Part shown: positions 48,928-59,270 of the stretch, one piece after another
How positions within the stretch are numbered: the first letter of the stretch is position 1
How the letters are laid out: each line of letters starts with the position of its first letter
Origin: an uncultured Fidelibacterota bacterium
GTDB taxonomy: Bacteria; Fidelibacterota; Marinisomatia; Marinisomatales; Marinisomataceae
Length of the DNA stretch: 64,000 nt
Assembly (NCBI GenBank): GCA_902624575.1
Contig: CACNXV010000002.1
Location: forward strand, 14-64,013
Reading direction: 5' to 3'
Notes under the pieces: generated by a model
What the model saw: only the letters and a program-made list of their open reading frames with translations
Told to the model about the DNA's origin: nothing
The model's database searches: none
Program-made: the position numbers and the translations under genes

Positions 48928-48950
48928 TATGCCATATAGGCATATTTATT
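48928..48950 (+). terminator. weak candidate intrinsic terminator after lolD
   Basis: Inverted repeat TATGCC (48928-33) / GGCATA (48939-44) with a 5-nt loop, followed by TTTATT. The stem is only 6 bp, so support is weak. Confidence 0.25.
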
Positions 48951-49028
48951 GACATATATGACATATATAAATCTTTGGCATAATCTTTGCATCTATAAGT
49001 TTAAAAAAACATATAGGAGTTTTATAAA

Positions 49029-50939
49029 ATGGGAAAAATAATTGGAATAGATTTAGGAACAACAAATTCATGTGTTGCTGTTATGGAAGGTGGAGAGCCT
49101 ACTGTTATTACCAGTCCAGAAGGTGGAAGAACAACACCTTCAGTAATTGGTTTCACGAAAGAAGGTGAAAGATTAGTTGGAGATCCAGCCAAAAGGCAAG
49201 CAGTTACCAATCCTAAAAATACAATTTATTCAATCAAAAGATTTATGGGAAGAACCCCTGCAGAAATAAAAAAAGATATTGACGAAGTAGCTTACCAAGT
49301 TGTTGTTGATGGAAAAAAAGTTAACGTTGAAGCAAATGAAAAAAAATATCAGCCACAAGAAATCAGTGCAATGGTTCTGCAAAAAATGAAACAAATGGCA
49401 GAGCAATATTTAGGTACTACAGTAACTGACGCTGTAATTACTGTACCAGCATATTTTAACGACTCTCAGAGAAAAGCAACCAAGGATGCAGGAAAAATTG
49501 CAGGGTTGAATGTTAAAAGAATTATTAATGAACCTACAGCTGCTTCTTTGGCGTATGGTTTTGATAAAAAGAAAGATGAAAAAGTTGCTGTTTTTGATTT
49601 AGGTGGAGGAACATTCGATATATCAATCCTTGACATACTTAATGATGAAGGCCAAAGTATCGAAGTAAATGCGAGTAACGGAGATGGCAGGCTTGGTGGT
49701 GATGATTTTGACCAAAAAATCGTTGACTGGCTTGCAGACGAATTCAAGAAAAATGAAGGAATTGATTTGAGAAAAGATCCAATGGCTCTTCAAAGATTAA
49801 AAGAATCAGCTGAAAATGCTAAAAAGGAACTTTCTTCTTCAAAGCAAACGGAAATAAATTTACCGTTTATTACTGCTGATTCTTCTGGACCTAAACATCT
49901 TAACATGACTTTAACAAGAGCTAACTTTGAAAAATTAGTTTCTGATTTAATCGAGCGTGTCGTTGCGCCTTGTAAACAAGCTCTTAAAGATTCTAAATTA
50001 AATCCAAATGATATCAATGAGGTAATACTTGTCGGTGGTTCAACAAGAATTCCAGCTATTCAAGAAAAAGTGAAGGAAATTTTTGGTAAAGACCCTAATC
50101 AAAGTGTAAATCCTGATGAAGTAGTAGCGCTTGGAGCAGCAATTCAAGGAGGAGTATTAGCAGGAGATGTTGATGACGTTCTGCTTCTTGATGTAACACC
50201 TTTAACGCTTGGTATCGAAACAATGGGCGGAGTAGCAACTCCTTTAATTGAAAAGAATACAACTATTCCTACTCAAAAGTCGCAGATTTTTTCTACAGCA
50301 GCAGATAATCAACCAATGGTTGAAATACATGTTGTTCAAGGAGAAAGATCAATAGCAAAAGATAATAAAAGTCTTGGAAGATTTCATTTAGATGGAATTC
50401 CTCCAGCACCAAGAGGAACGCCGCAGATCGAAGTATCTTTTGATATGGACGCTGATGGTATTTTGAATGTCAAAGCTGTTGATAAAGCAACCTCAAAAGA
50501 ACAAAGTATTAGAATTGAGGCACAGAGCGGTTTATCTGATCAAGAAATTGAAAAAATGGTCAATGATGCTAAAAAGCATGAAGCTGAAGACAAAGCTAAA
50601 AAAGAAGAAATTGACACGAAAAATCAGTCTGAACAGTTAATTTTCCAAACTGAAAAACAAATGAAAGACCTAGACGATAAATTATCGGAAGATGATAAGA
50701 AGGATTTAAATGAAGCTTTGGATAAGTTAAAAAAAGCGAATGAATCATCTGTCATCGAAGATATAAAATCTGAAATGGAAAACTTAAGTAATGTCTGGCA
50801 ATCAAAGGCTTCATCAATGTATGATGCATCAAATGCTCAAGCACAAACAGAAGCTGAACCAGTAGATAATAATACTGCAAAAAAAGAAGATGGCAAAAAA
50901 ATTAAAGATGCTGACTTTGAAGTAGTCGAAGAAGAATAG
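49029..50939 (+). CDS. dnaK: molecular chaperone DnaK (Hsp70)
   Basis: 636 aa. [30 protein letters not shown] lies upstream. Confidence 0.97.
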   Translation: MGKIIGIDLGTTNSCVAVMEGGEPTVITSPEGGRTTPSVIGFTKEGERLVGDPAKRQAVTNPKNTIYSIKRFMGRTPAEIKKDIDEVAYQVVVDGKKVNVEANEKKYQPQEISAMVLQKMKQMAEQYLGTTVTDAVITVPAYFNDSQRKATKDAGKIAGLNVKRIINEPTAASLAYGFDKKKDEKVAVFDLGGGTFDISILDILNDEGQSIEVNASNGDGRLGGDDFDQKIVDWLADEFKKNEGIDLRKDPMALQRLKESAENAKKELSSSKQTEINLPFITADSSGPKHLNMTLTRANFEKLVSDLIERVVAPCKQALKDSKLNPNDINEVILVGGSTRIPAIQEKVKEIFGKDPNQSVNPDEVVALGAAIQGGVLAGDVDDVLLLDVTPLTLGIETMGGVATPLIEKNTTIPTQKSQIFSTAADNQPMVEIHVVQGERSIAKDNKSLGRFHLDGIPPAPRGTPQIEVSFDMDADGILNVKAVDKATSKEQSIRIEAQSGLSDQEIEKMVNDAKKHEAEDKAKKEEIDTKNQSEQLIFQTEKQMKDLDDKLSEDDKKDLNEALDKLKKANESSVIEDIKSEMENLSNVWQSKASSMYDASNAQAQTEAEPVDNNTAKKEDGKKIKDADFEVVEEE

Positions 50940-50984
50940 TTTTAGATTTTTTATTAATCTTTTAATTATTAGCTTTTTGGAATA

Positions 50985-52172
50985 ATGAATATCACTATTC
51001 CCAAACTGCTTAGAACAGCATTAAGTTTTTTTATAAGCTTTATATTATTTTTATCTGTGACAATAATAGCTTTCTACTTTCTACTGCAAGATGGAGTTGA
51101 ATTTGATCTTGATCGTTCAAATAAAACCTTAAACGATTTATCAAAAAGATTTGAAATAGAATTTGATAATGATTCATCTATTTCATTTAAGGCCAATAAT
51201 AAAGAAATCAATACATATTTAGTTTTGAATAGTGCTATCATTCGAAGATTTGGAAATAAATTAATTGATTCTAAAAACATATCTTTAACTACTTCATTAG
51301 ACTTTAAAAATACCTTATTATTTACTTCTCAACTTATCTTAAATAATAAAACAGAATTAAATCTTTTTAGCCCTGTAAAAATCAATGTAAAAGAAGCTGA
51401 TTTATATGTTAATAATATTCAAAATGAAGATGAGATATTGTCAGAAGTAGAAAAGGACTATTTTCCAGTAGTAATAAATTTTGAAGATGGAAAGTTATTC
51501 GACGACTCAATTTTTCTTGGTTCATTTAATTTAAATCTGAATATCAATCAATATCAGAAAAGATCTGATATTGAAAGCTATAAAATTAGGTTAAAATCAA
51601 GTGAAGCATTTCCAGCTAGTTACATAGCCCAATTCTTTAATGATGTCGAAAGAATTGGTGATGATAAAGAAAGTGTATCTTTTGATATTACCTTGGAAGA
51701 TAAAAGTTTTTTATCAGGAAGTAATAGTAGTGTTCTCAATGGCATAATTCAAATAAGGAATACAACAATGAGACTAAAGAAGTTTCCTGTTGAATTAAAG
51801 CCTGAACCAATAAGAAGATTGAATTTTGATTTAAATATTATTGATAATGTTGCTCAAGCTAGTCTTATTGGCACTGTTTATAATCCAAAAAAGAACTTAG
51901 GACTTCAAACTAAGCCAAATCTTCAAATTGGTGGTACCATCAATTTTGAAGAAATTTTGAAACCAAATCTTAATTTAATAGTTAATGGTTATGACATATA
52001 TTTTGCTAAACTTGAGAATTTAAATTTAAATGGGGTGACAGACTTAACAGTCTCAATCATTGGAAAAAATGTATTAGATTTAAGTGGATCTTTAAAAATA
52101 AAAAAAAGTAGTGGTTTTTTAGTTCCTTTAAAAGATACAGAGTTTGAAACCAAACATAGAATTAGAGAATAA
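50985..52172 (+). CDS. hypothetical membrane-anchored protein, first gene of the MoxR cluster
   Basis: 395 aa. One N-terminal TM helix (ALSFFISFILFLSVTIIAFYFLL), then an Asn/Ser/Leu-rich region that is probably beta-rich. Ends 2 nt before moxR. I recognise no family. Confidence 0.6.
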   Translation: MNITIPKLLRTALSFFISFILFLSVTIIAFYFLLQDGVEFDLDRSNKTLNDLSKRFEIEFDNDSSISFKANNKEINTYLVLNSAIIRRFGNKLIDSKNISLTTSLDFKNTLLFTSQLILNNKTELNLFSPVKINVKEADLYVNNIQNEDEILSEVEKDYFPVVINFEDGKLFDDSIFLGSFNLNLNINQYQKRSDIESYKIRLKSSEAFPASYIAQFFNDVERIGDDKESVSFDITLEDKSFLSGSNSSVLNGIIQIRNTTMRLKKFPVELKPEPIRRLNFDLNIIDNVAQASLIGTVYNPKKNLGLQTKPNLQIGGTINFEEILKPNLNLIVNGYDIYFAKLENLNLNGVTDLTVSIIGKNVLDLSGSLKIKKSSGFLVPLKDTEFETKHRIRE

Positions 52173-52174
52173 AA

Positions 52175-53167
52175 ATGAAGAAAAATGAATTAAATAGATT
52201 AAACGAAAAAATCTTGCAGAAATCAAAATTTATTGAAGATTTAAGGTCAGAAATTTCAAATACAATTGTTGGTCAATCTGATTTGATTGATAAAATTTTA
52301 ATATCTGTTATCTCAAATGGACACATCCTCTTGGAAGGTGTACCCGGTCTAGCAAAAACTTTAACTATCAATACAGTTGCAAGTTTGATTAATGCAAAAT
52401 TCAAAAGAATTCAGTTTACTCCTGATATGTTGCCAGCAGATTTGATTGGGACTCTTATTTTCAACCAAAAAAATGGAGAATTTGTTACAAAGAAAGGTCC
52501 AATTTTTTCAAATATTATTTTAGCAGATGAGATTAATAGAGCACCATCAAAAGTTCAAAGCGCCTTACTTGAATCAATGCAAGAAAGACAAGTAACGCTT
52601 GGAGATGATACATATTTATTACCAAACCCTTTTTTAGTTCTTGCTACTCAGAATCCAATTGAACAAGAAGGTACTTATCCGCTACCTGAAGCCCAAGTAG
52701 ACAGGTTTATGATGAAAGTCATTGTTGATTATCCAACAATTGAAGAAGAAAAAGTTATCTTAGAAAGAGCTAAAACAATTGATAAGAAAAATATTAAATC
52801 TGTAATTAAAACTAAAACTATTTTGGAGGCACAAAGCCTTGTAAATGATATATATATTGATCCAAAAATCCACGATTATATATTAAATATTGTTTTTGCT
52901 ACAAGAAATCCAGAAAAATATAATTTAGAAAATTTAAAAGATTTGATAACATTTGGAGCTTCTCCTAGAGCATCAATAAATCTTGTTCTTGCTTCTAAAT
53001 CTAAAGCTTTTATTGATGGCAGAGGATATGTAATTCCTGAGGATGTTAAATATGTGGCTGAGGATATACTAAGACATAGAATTTTACTATCTTATGAAGC
53101 TGAAGCTGAAGAGATTTCAACGGAAGATATAATTTCACAACTTCTCAAAGAAGTTCCAGTTCCATAA
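52175..53167 (+). CDS. MoxR-family AAA+ ATPase
   Basis: 330 aa. GH.LLEGVPGLAKT (Walker A), ILADEINRA (Walker B), ATQNP.E.EGTYPLPEAQ.DRF. Confidence 0.92.
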   Translation: MKKNELNRLNEKILQKSKFIEDLRSEISNTIVGQSDLIDKILISVISNGHILLEGVPGLAKTLTINTVASLINAKFKRIQFTPDMLPADLIGTLIFNQKNGEFVTKKGPIFSNIILADEINRAPSKVQSALLESMQERQVTLGDDTYLLPNPFLVLATQNPIEQEGTYPLPEAQVDRFMMKVIVDYPTIEEEKVILERAKTIDKKNIKSVIKTKTILEAQSLVNDIYIDPKIHDYILNIVFATRNPEKYNLENLKDLITFGASPRASINLVLASKSKAFIDGRGYVIPEDVKYVAEDILRHRILLSYEAEAEEISTEDIISQLLKEVPVP

Positions 53168-53175
53168 AGTTTAGC

Positions 53176-54054
53176 ATGTCAAAAGATCTACTAAAAAAAG
53201 TTCGACAAATTGAAATTAGAACGAAGAATTTAGTAAATGACTTTTTTGGTGGAGATTATCATTCAAATTTCAAAGGGAAGGGAATGACTTTTTCTGAAGT
53301 AAGAGAATATTCACCTGGTGATGATGTTCGATCAATTGATTGGAATGTAACTGCTAAAACTGGAAAGCCTCATATTAAGATATTTGAGGAGGAAAGAGAG
53401 CTGTCTGTTTTATTGCTTGTAGATGTAAGTAGTTCAGGTATTTTTGGTTCTCAAAATAATTTAAAAATTGATATTGGAATTGAAATAGCAGCTATGCTTG
53501 GTTTTTCTGCAATCAAAAATAATGATAAAGTTGGATTAGCTTTATTTTCAGATAAAATTGAAAAGTTCATTCCACCTAAAAAAGGCAAAAGCCATGTTTT
53601 AAGATTAATAACAGATCTTTTAAATCATAATTATGATGATAAAAGAAAAAAAACTTCTATAAAAACAGCAATCGATTTTGCAAATAATATTTCAAAAAGA
53701 AAAAGTGTTATTTTTTTAATCTCTGACTTTATAGATGACAATTTTTGGAACGAGCTAAAATTTTTAAACTTTAAACATGATGTTGTAGGGATACAGATTT
53801 ACGATTTTTTTGAAAAAAATTTTCCTAACATAGGTTTAGTAAATATGCTTGACCCAGAAAGTGGTCAAACATATTGGATAGATACTTCTGATAGAAAATC
53901 TAGATTAAATTTTGAAAGAAATTCGGAAAAGAAACTTGAGACATTTTCTAAAAAATGTAAAAATATAGGTTTTGATTTATTACAAATAAGCACGAAAGAA
54001 GACTACGTTAAACTGCTTATGCAATTTTTCAAAAAAAGAGCAAAAAGAAGTTAA
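53176..54054 (+). CDS. DUF58-family protein with a vWA-like MIDAS motif
   Basis: 292 aa. G.Y.S.FKG.GM.F.E.REY..GDD.R.IDW..TA (DUF58 signature) and LLVDVSSS (DxSxS). Confidence 0.85.
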   Translation: MSKDLLKKVRQIEIRTKNLVNDFFGGDYHSNFKGKGMTFSEVREYSPGDDVRSIDWNVTAKTGKPHIKIFEEERELSVLLLVDVSSSGIFGSQNNLKIDIGIEIAAMLGFSAIKNNDKVGLALFSDKIEKFIPPKKGKSHVLRLITDLLNHNYDDKRKKTSIKTAIDFANNISKRKSVIFLISDFIDDNFWNELKFLNFKHDVVGIQIYDFFEKNFPNIGLVNMLDPESGQTYWIDTSDRKSRLNFERNSEKKLETFSKKCKNIGFDLLQISTKEDYVKLLMQFFKKRAKRS

Positions 54055-54057
54055 AAA

Positions 54058-54924
54058 ATGAGAAAAACTTTTCTGATTGCAATTTTTTTTTGTTTATCCT
54101 GTGTTGATGAAAAAAATAATCCTAACATATCTTTAAACCAAGACAAAGAAATTAGTGAAATTGGACTACCTGTTAATATTTCTGTAGAAGTTAGTGATCT
54201 AGGAAAAATTTTTACTTTAAATGAAGTTATGTGGTCTGATAATGGTAAATGGTTAAAAGATTCATCAACTGTTATTTTAAGAAGCTCTTCTATTGATACG
54301 CTTACAGATAAAATTAAGATGAATTATGAAATTACTTTTTGGGACACAGGCAGATTTGCTATACCTCCATTAAATGTTCAAATAAATTTTCCTGACTCAA
54401 CTGAAGTCACAAAGTTTAATACTGATAGTTCTACTGTTTTTATTGGTACAATATTAGATAGTACGACTACGTCAATTGTTGAAGATAAGCCTTTTAAGAA
54501 AATAGATTTTCCTTTTCAAAAGCTAAGAGTTTTTGCATTATTTTTGCTATTTGGTTTGATTATCTATGCTTTAAATATTTTAGGTAAAAGAAGTTCTAAA
54601 AAATTAAATAATAGAAATTTTTTTAATATTAATCCTAAAAAGAATGCTTTAAAAAAGTCTAACGAAATTGAATATAATAATTTATCGTCTGAAAAATTAT
54701 CAATCGAGGTATCAAAAATTTTAAAAGATTATTTTCAAAATAATTATTATATCATTTCATTTGAAATGACTTCAAATGAGTTAAAAGAATATTTTAAGGA
54801 TGAAGAATTGAATGAATTACTTAATAAATTAGATTTAGTAAAATTTAGCAAGCAAGAACTTTCAAAATTTGAAAAAAAGGAGATAATGGATTTATTAAAA
54901 AAAGTTATAAGAAAACTTCTTTAA
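54058..54924 (+). CDS. hypothetical lipoprotein/membrane protein, possibly BatD-like, last gene of the MoxR cluster
   Basis: 288 aa. Signal peptide with lipobox-like LSC, an extracytoplasmic region of about 150 aa, one TM helix (VFALFLLFGLIIYALNIL) and a Lys-rich helical tail. The family assignment rests only on architecture. Confidence 0.45.
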   Translation: MRKTFLIAIFFCLSCVDEKNNPNISLNQDKEISEIGLPVNISVEVSDLGKIFTLNEVMWSDNGKWLKDSSTVILRSSSIDTLTDKIKMNYEITFWDTGRFAIPPLNVQINFPDSTEVTKFNTDSSTVFIGTILDSTTTSIVEDKPFKKIDFPFQKLRVFALFLLFGLIIYALNILGKRSSKKLNNRNFFNINPKKNALKKSNEIEYNNLSSEKLSIEVSKILKDYFQNNYYIISFEMTSNELKEYFKDEELNELLNKLDLVKFSKQELSKFEKKEIMDLLKKVIRKLL

Positions 54925-54951
54925 ACTAATTAATTAATTTAATTTAAACCC

Positions 54952-55515
54952 ATGAGTACAACAGCAGATATTAAAAATGGCTCAATTATAAGTTTTAAAA
55001 ATGCAAGAATGAAAATTGTCGAGTTCCAGCATGTTAAGCCCGGTAAAGGCCCAGCTTTTGTTAGAACCAAATTAAAAAATATTGAAACTGGAAAAATTAT
55101 TGATCATACTTTTAATTCAGGTGCTAAAATAGAATTTATAAGAGTTACTTCAAAAAAATATCAATATCTATACCAAGATGGTGATAGTTATGTTTTTATG
55201 GATAACATAACTTTTGAACAAGTTAATGTTTCCTCTGAACTAATGGGTTCTGATCATTTTTATATAAAAGAAGGTGATAACATAGAATTACTCTTCGATA
55301 ACGAAGAAATCATCAACTTAAGTATTGCGCCCAAAGCTATTCTTAAAGTCATTCAGACTGACCCTGGTCACAAAGGTAATACAGCAACTAACGCGCAAAA
55401 GCCTGCAAAATTAGAAACCGGACTAGAAATTAATGTTCCTCTTTTCATAAACGAAGGAGACTTAATTAAAATTGATACAAAAACTGGGAGCTATACTGAA
55501 AGAGTGAAGCAGTAA
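54952..55515 (+). CDS. efp: elongation factor P
   Basis: 187 aa. [14 protein letters not shown] loop and three-domain length. Conserved efp-accB-accC order. Confidence 0.95.
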   Translation: MSTTADIKNGSIISFKNARMKIVEFQHVKPGKGPAFVRTKLKNIETGKIIDHTFNSGAKIEFIRVTSKKYQYLYQDGDSYVFMDNITFEQVNVSSELMGSDHFYIKEGDNIELLFDNEEIINLSIAPKAILKVIQTDPGHKGNTATNAQKPAKLETGLEINVPLFINEGDLIKIDTKTGSYTERVKQ

Positions 55516-55517
55516 AA

Positions 55518-55991
55518 ATGTGGAAAGATAAAATTAAAGAAATAATCTATATGCTTGAAAATAGCGATATCAATGAAATTGAAGTTAGATTTTGGTTTAA
55601 AAAAATTAAAGTTACTAAAAAACCACCAATTTTGAATGTTGAGTCAAGCGAAAGTTCAAATATAATTCCGATTAAAAAAACTGAAACTACATCCGATTTA
55701 AATATCAATAAAGACAGTAAACCTGAAATAGAAGAAAGTTCAATTGATAGCAGTATTGAAGTCAAATCACCAATGCCTGGAACATTTTACTCATCTCCTG
55801 ATCCCGAGTCTCCAAGCTTTGTTTCTGTTGGTGATAGTGTAAATATTGGCGATACGCTTTGTATTGTTGAAGCAATGAAAATAATGAATGAAATTCAAGC
55901 TGAAAATTCAGGTATTATTTCCGAGGTTTTAATTGAAAATGGTAAACCGGTTGAATTTGATCAACCTCTTTTCAAATTGAAACAATCTTAA
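55518..55991 (+). CDS. accB: acetyl-CoA carboxylase biotin carboxyl carrier protein
   Basis: 157 aa. Biotinylation motif [12 protein letters not shown] and SPMPGTFY. Confidence 0.92.
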   Translation: MWKDKIKEIIYMLENSDINEIEVRFWFKKIKVTKKPPILNVESSESSNIIPIKKTETTSDLNINKDSKPEIEESSIDSSIEVKSPMPGTFYSSPDPESPSFVSVGDSVNIGDTLCIVEAMKIMNEIQAENSGIISEVLIENGKPVEFDQPLFKLKQS

Positions 55992-55994
55992 AAT

Positions 55995-57383
55995 ATGTTT
56001 AAAAAAATTCTTATTGCAAACAGAGGTGAAATTGCCATCAGAATCATTAGAGCATGCAATGAAATGGGAATCAAAACTGTAGCTGTATATTCCAAAGCTG
56101 ATAAGGATTCACTACATGTTAAATTTGCCGACGAGGCAATCTGTATTGGAGAAGGGCCAGCTATTGAAAGCTATTTAAATATTCCTAGAATAATTGCTGC
56201 AGGAGAAATTACTAATGCTGATGCAATACATCCTGGATATGGTTTTCTAGCAGAAAATGCAAAATTTAGTAAAATTTGCAAGGACAATGATTTTACTTTT
56301 ATTGGACCAGATGCTGAAACTATTGATTTGATGGGAGATAAGGTTAATGCAAGAAAGGCTGCAAATGAGGCAGGTGTACCTATTATTCCAGGAAGTGATA
56401 CGTTATCATCTGCAGAAGAGTTTATGGAAATTGCAGAAAGAATTGGATATCCTGTTATGTTAAAAGCCGTAGCAGGTGGTGGGGGAAAAGGAATGAGAGT
56501 AATTAAAGACCCTACCGAAGCTGAAAAAGGATTTAATATTATTCAGGCTGAAGCTGGAATGGCTTTTAATAATTCAGAAATTTATGTTGAAAAATTTGTT
56601 GAAGGTGGTAGGCATATTGAAGTTCAGATACTTTCAGATCAATATGGAAATCATCTCCATTTAGGAGAAAGAGAGTGTTCAATTCAAAGAAGTAATCAAA
56701 AATTAATTGAAGAATGTCCATCTAGTTTTGTTGATAATGATTTAAGAAAAGATTTAACTGATAAAGCTTTACAGCTTGCTGAAAAAGTAAATTATGTTGG
56801 AGCTGGTACTATTGAATATCTAGTAGATAAGGAAAAAAACTTTTATTTCATTGAGATGAATACAAGAATTCAAGTTGAACATACTGTAACAGAAATGGTA
56901 TGCATGATAGATTTAGTAAAAGAACAAATTCGTACTTATGCAGGAGAAAAAATAAATATTAATCAAGAAGATATTAAAATGAATGGCCATGCAATTGAAT
57001 GTAGAATTAACGCGGAAGATCCTTTCAATGATTTCATTCCATCACCAAAAAAAATCGAATCTTTAAACTTTCCAGGGGGTATTGGAGTAAGAACAGACTC
57101 TTTCATTTATGCTGGCTATCAAATACCAACATTTTATGATTCAATGCTTGGAAAATTGATTGTCCATTCATCAAATAGGGAAAAAGCAATTATAAGGATG
57201 AAAAGGGCATTACAAGAAACATTTATTGAAGGCCCAGAAACAACATTGTTATTGCTTGAAAAGATTTTTGAAAATAAAGAATTCAAAAAAGGAAATTTTG
57301 ATATAAATTTTTTAGGTAAATTTTTAAAAAATATTAAAGGGGATAAAAATGAATCATCCGAACAGCTTGATGTATACATCTGA
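55995..57383 (+). CDS. accC: acetyl-CoA carboxylase biotin carboxylase subunit
   Basis: 462 aa. [24 protein letters not shown], the ATP-grasp glycine loop GGGGKGM, and [13 protein letters not shown]. Confidence 0.96.
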   Translation: MFKKILIANRGEIAIRIIRACNEMGIKTVAVYSKADKDSLHVKFADEAICIGEGPAIESYLNIPRIIAAGEITNADAIHPGYGFLAENAKFSKICKDNDFTFIGPDAETIDLMGDKVNARKAANEAGVPIIPGSDTLSSAEEFMEIAERIGYPVMLKAVAGGGGKGMRVIKDPTEAEKGFNIIQAEAGMAFNNSEIYVEKFVEGGRHIEVQILSDQYGNHLHLGERECSIQRSNQKLIEECPSSFVDNDLRKDLTDKALQLAEKVNYVGAGTIEYLVDKEKNFYFIEMNTRIQVEHTVTEMVCMIDLVKEQIRTYAGEKININQEDIKMNGHAIECRINAEDPFNDFIPSPKKIESLNFPGGIGVRTDSFIYAGYQIPTFYDSMLGKLIVHSSNREKAIIRMKRALQETFIEGPETTLLLLEKIFENKEFKKGNFDINFLGKFLKNIKGDKNESSEQLDVYI

Positions 57384-57726
57384 ACATGAATGGGTTAAAA
57401 TTGAAGATAATATTGCTACTATTGGTATAACTGATTTTGCACAAAGCGAGTTAGGAGATATTATTTTTTTAGAATTTCCTGAAATAGATGAATCTTTTGA
57501 TGAAGGTGATGTTTTTGGAACCATTGAAGCTGTAAAAACAGTTTCTGATTTATTTATGCCAATATCAGGAAAGATTCTTGAAGTAAATGAAGATTTAAAT
57601 GATGTACCTGAAAATGTTAATGAAAGTCCTTATGAAAATGGTTGGATGGTTAAAGTTCAATTAGATGATGATTCATCCACTGATTCTCTCCTTAACTCAG
57701 AATCATACTTAAAACTAATATCATAG
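57349..57726 (+). CDS. gcvH: glycine cleavage system H protein (lipoyl carrier)
   Basis: 125 aa. YT.EHEW......A.IGITD.AQ..LGD and the lipoyl-Lys motif IEAVKTVSD. The ATG at 57349 overlaps accC by 35 nt. A later start (Met8, ATG at 57370) is possible. Confidence 0.9.
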   Translation: MNHPNSLMYTSEHEWVKIEDNIATIGITDFAQSELGDIIFLEFPEIDESFDEGDVFGTIEAVKTVSDLFMPISGKILEVNEDLNDVPENVNESPYENGWMVKVQLDDDSSTDSLLNSESYLKLIS

Positions 57727-57728
57727 GA

Positions 57729-58637
57729 ATGCTTGAACGTTTAGAGCACTTTATTCAAAAATTAAAGGTAGAAAAAAACTATTCTGAAAATACCATTAAT
57801 TCTTATCTATATGATTTAAGGTCTTTTGAAGATTATTTGAAAAAAAGAAAGTTTTCATTCAAGAAATCTTTTAAAGATCAGTCAATCTTTAAAAATTATT
57901 TTAGACTATTATCGAGAAAAAAATTATCTCCTAAAACTATCAAAAGAAAATATTCTTCTTTATCTACTTATATCAACTTTCTTATTGATATAAAAATAAT
58001 AAAAATCAATCCTTTAAATGGTGTTTATACACCAAAACTTTCAAAAAAACTACCATCAGTATTAACTCTTGATGAAATTAAAAAAATATTTAAAGAGGCA
58101 GAAAATACAGATAATGAATTATTAGGTTTAAGAGATCGTTGTATTATTGAACTTCTTTATTCTTGCGGTCTTAGAGTCACTGAATTGTGTGAATTAAAAG
58201 TAAGTAATATTCAATTTGATTTAAATGTTATAAGATTTTTTGGTAAAGGAAATAAAGAGAGAATAATTCCTCTAACATTTTATGCAAAGGAATGGCTTGA
58301 AAAATACTTGTATCAATCTAGAGAAATTCTTTCATCAAGAAAATCTGCAAGTCAAAGATATATTTTTCTAAGTAATAACGGAAAAAAAATTACGAGAGCA
58401 GCAATATGGCAATCGATTAAAAAATATGTTAATCTAGCTGGAATAAATAAATCAGTTTCTCCTCATACATTTAGACATTCTTTTGCAACTCATCTAATTG
58501 ATGGGGGAGCAAATTTAATTGAGGTGCAAAAATTGTTAGGACATTCTGATATTTCAACAACTGAAATTTATACTCATCTTTCAAGAGATTTTATTGATAG
58601 TGAATACATGAAAGCTTTTGAAAAAAATAATAATTAA
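57729..58637 (+). CDS. xerD: tyrosine site-specific recombinase XerC/XerD
   Basis: 302 aa. N-terminal SAM-like domain, ELLYSCGLRV.EL, HTFRHSFATHL...GA.L..VQ.LLGH.DISTT.IYTH. I cannot distinguish XerC from XerD. Confidence 0.8.
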   Translation: MLERLEHFIQKLKVEKNYSENTINSYLYDLRSFEDYLKKRKFSFKKSFKDQSIFKNYFRLLSRKKLSPKTIKRKYSSLSTYINFLIDIKIIKINPLNGVYTPKLSKKLPSVLTLDEIKKIFKEAENTDNELLGLRDRCIIELLYSCGLRVTELCELKVSNIQFDLNVIRFFGKGNKERIIPLTFYAKEWLEKYLYQSREILSSRKSASQRYIFLSNNGKKITRAAIWQSIKKYVNLAGINKSVSPHTFRHSFATHLIDGGANLIEVQKLLGHSDISTTEIYTHLSRDFIDSEYMKAFEKNNN

Positions 58638-58649
58638 TTATCTTTTAAT

Positions 58650-59270
58650 ATGGGAATTGCAAGTCTATCAATCGAATTACAATTAATTTTAATACCAACA
58701 ATATTATTTGCATTAACATTTCATGAATATGCTCATGCTAGAGTAGCATATATCTTAGGAGATTATACTTCATATTATCAAAATAGAATGAACTTGAACC
58801 CATTCAACCATCTTGATCCATTTGGAACTTTTGCACTTTATTTTTTAGGCTTTGGTTGGGCCAAACCTGTTCCTGTTAATATCCAAAATTTGTCAAACCC
58901 CAGAAAAGATATGATGATGATTGCAATGGCTGGGCCCGCATCTAATATGTTTTTAGCATTTGCCGCATCAATCATTTACAGGCTTAATTTCTTTTTACAG
59001 ATCAATGAAAGTTTTATTTTTCCTCTGGAAATTTTTATTCAAATCAATATTGTATTAGCTATTTTTAATTTAATTCCGTTAAATCCATTGGACGGATCGC
59101 GTATCCTTCCTTTATTAGTCAAAAATCCAAATACATTGTATAAAATTGAATTATATGGTCCAAGATTATTGATTGGTCTTGTTATTTTGAATTTAATCGG
59201 TATACCTATTCTTTCGACACTTATATTAACACCCGTCTCAATAATATTTTATTTTTTAACAGGAGCTTAA
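58650..59270 (+). CDS. M50-family (site-2 protease-like) membrane metalloprotease
   Basis: 206 aa, polytopic. HEYAHA zinc motif and NL.P..PLDG.R second motif. Confidence 0.75.
   Translation: MGIASLSIELQLILIPTILFALTFHEYAHARVAYILGDYTSYYQNRMNLNPFNHLDPFGTFALYFLGFGWAKPVPVNIQNLSNPRKDMMMIAMAGPASNMFLAFAASIIYRLNFFLQINESFIFPLEIFIQINIVLAIFNLIPLNPLDGSRILPLLVKNPNTLYKIELYGPRLLIGLVILNLIGIPILSTLILTPVSIIFYFLTGA

Noticed and set aside
50943-50964. Short AT-only inverted repeat (AGATT-7 nt-AATCT) followed by TTTT after dnaK, considered as a terminator.
   Set aside because: The stem is 5 bp with a single G-C pair, too weak to call.
57729-58637. Tyrosine recombinase considered as a possible integrase marking a mobile element or genomic island.
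   Set aside because: It has the full XerC/XerD-type motif set and housekeeping neighbours (gcvH, M50 protease, miaA). There is no adjacent tRNA, no flanking direct repeats, no cargo genes and no visible compositional change. It is most simply the chromosome dimer-resolution recombinase.
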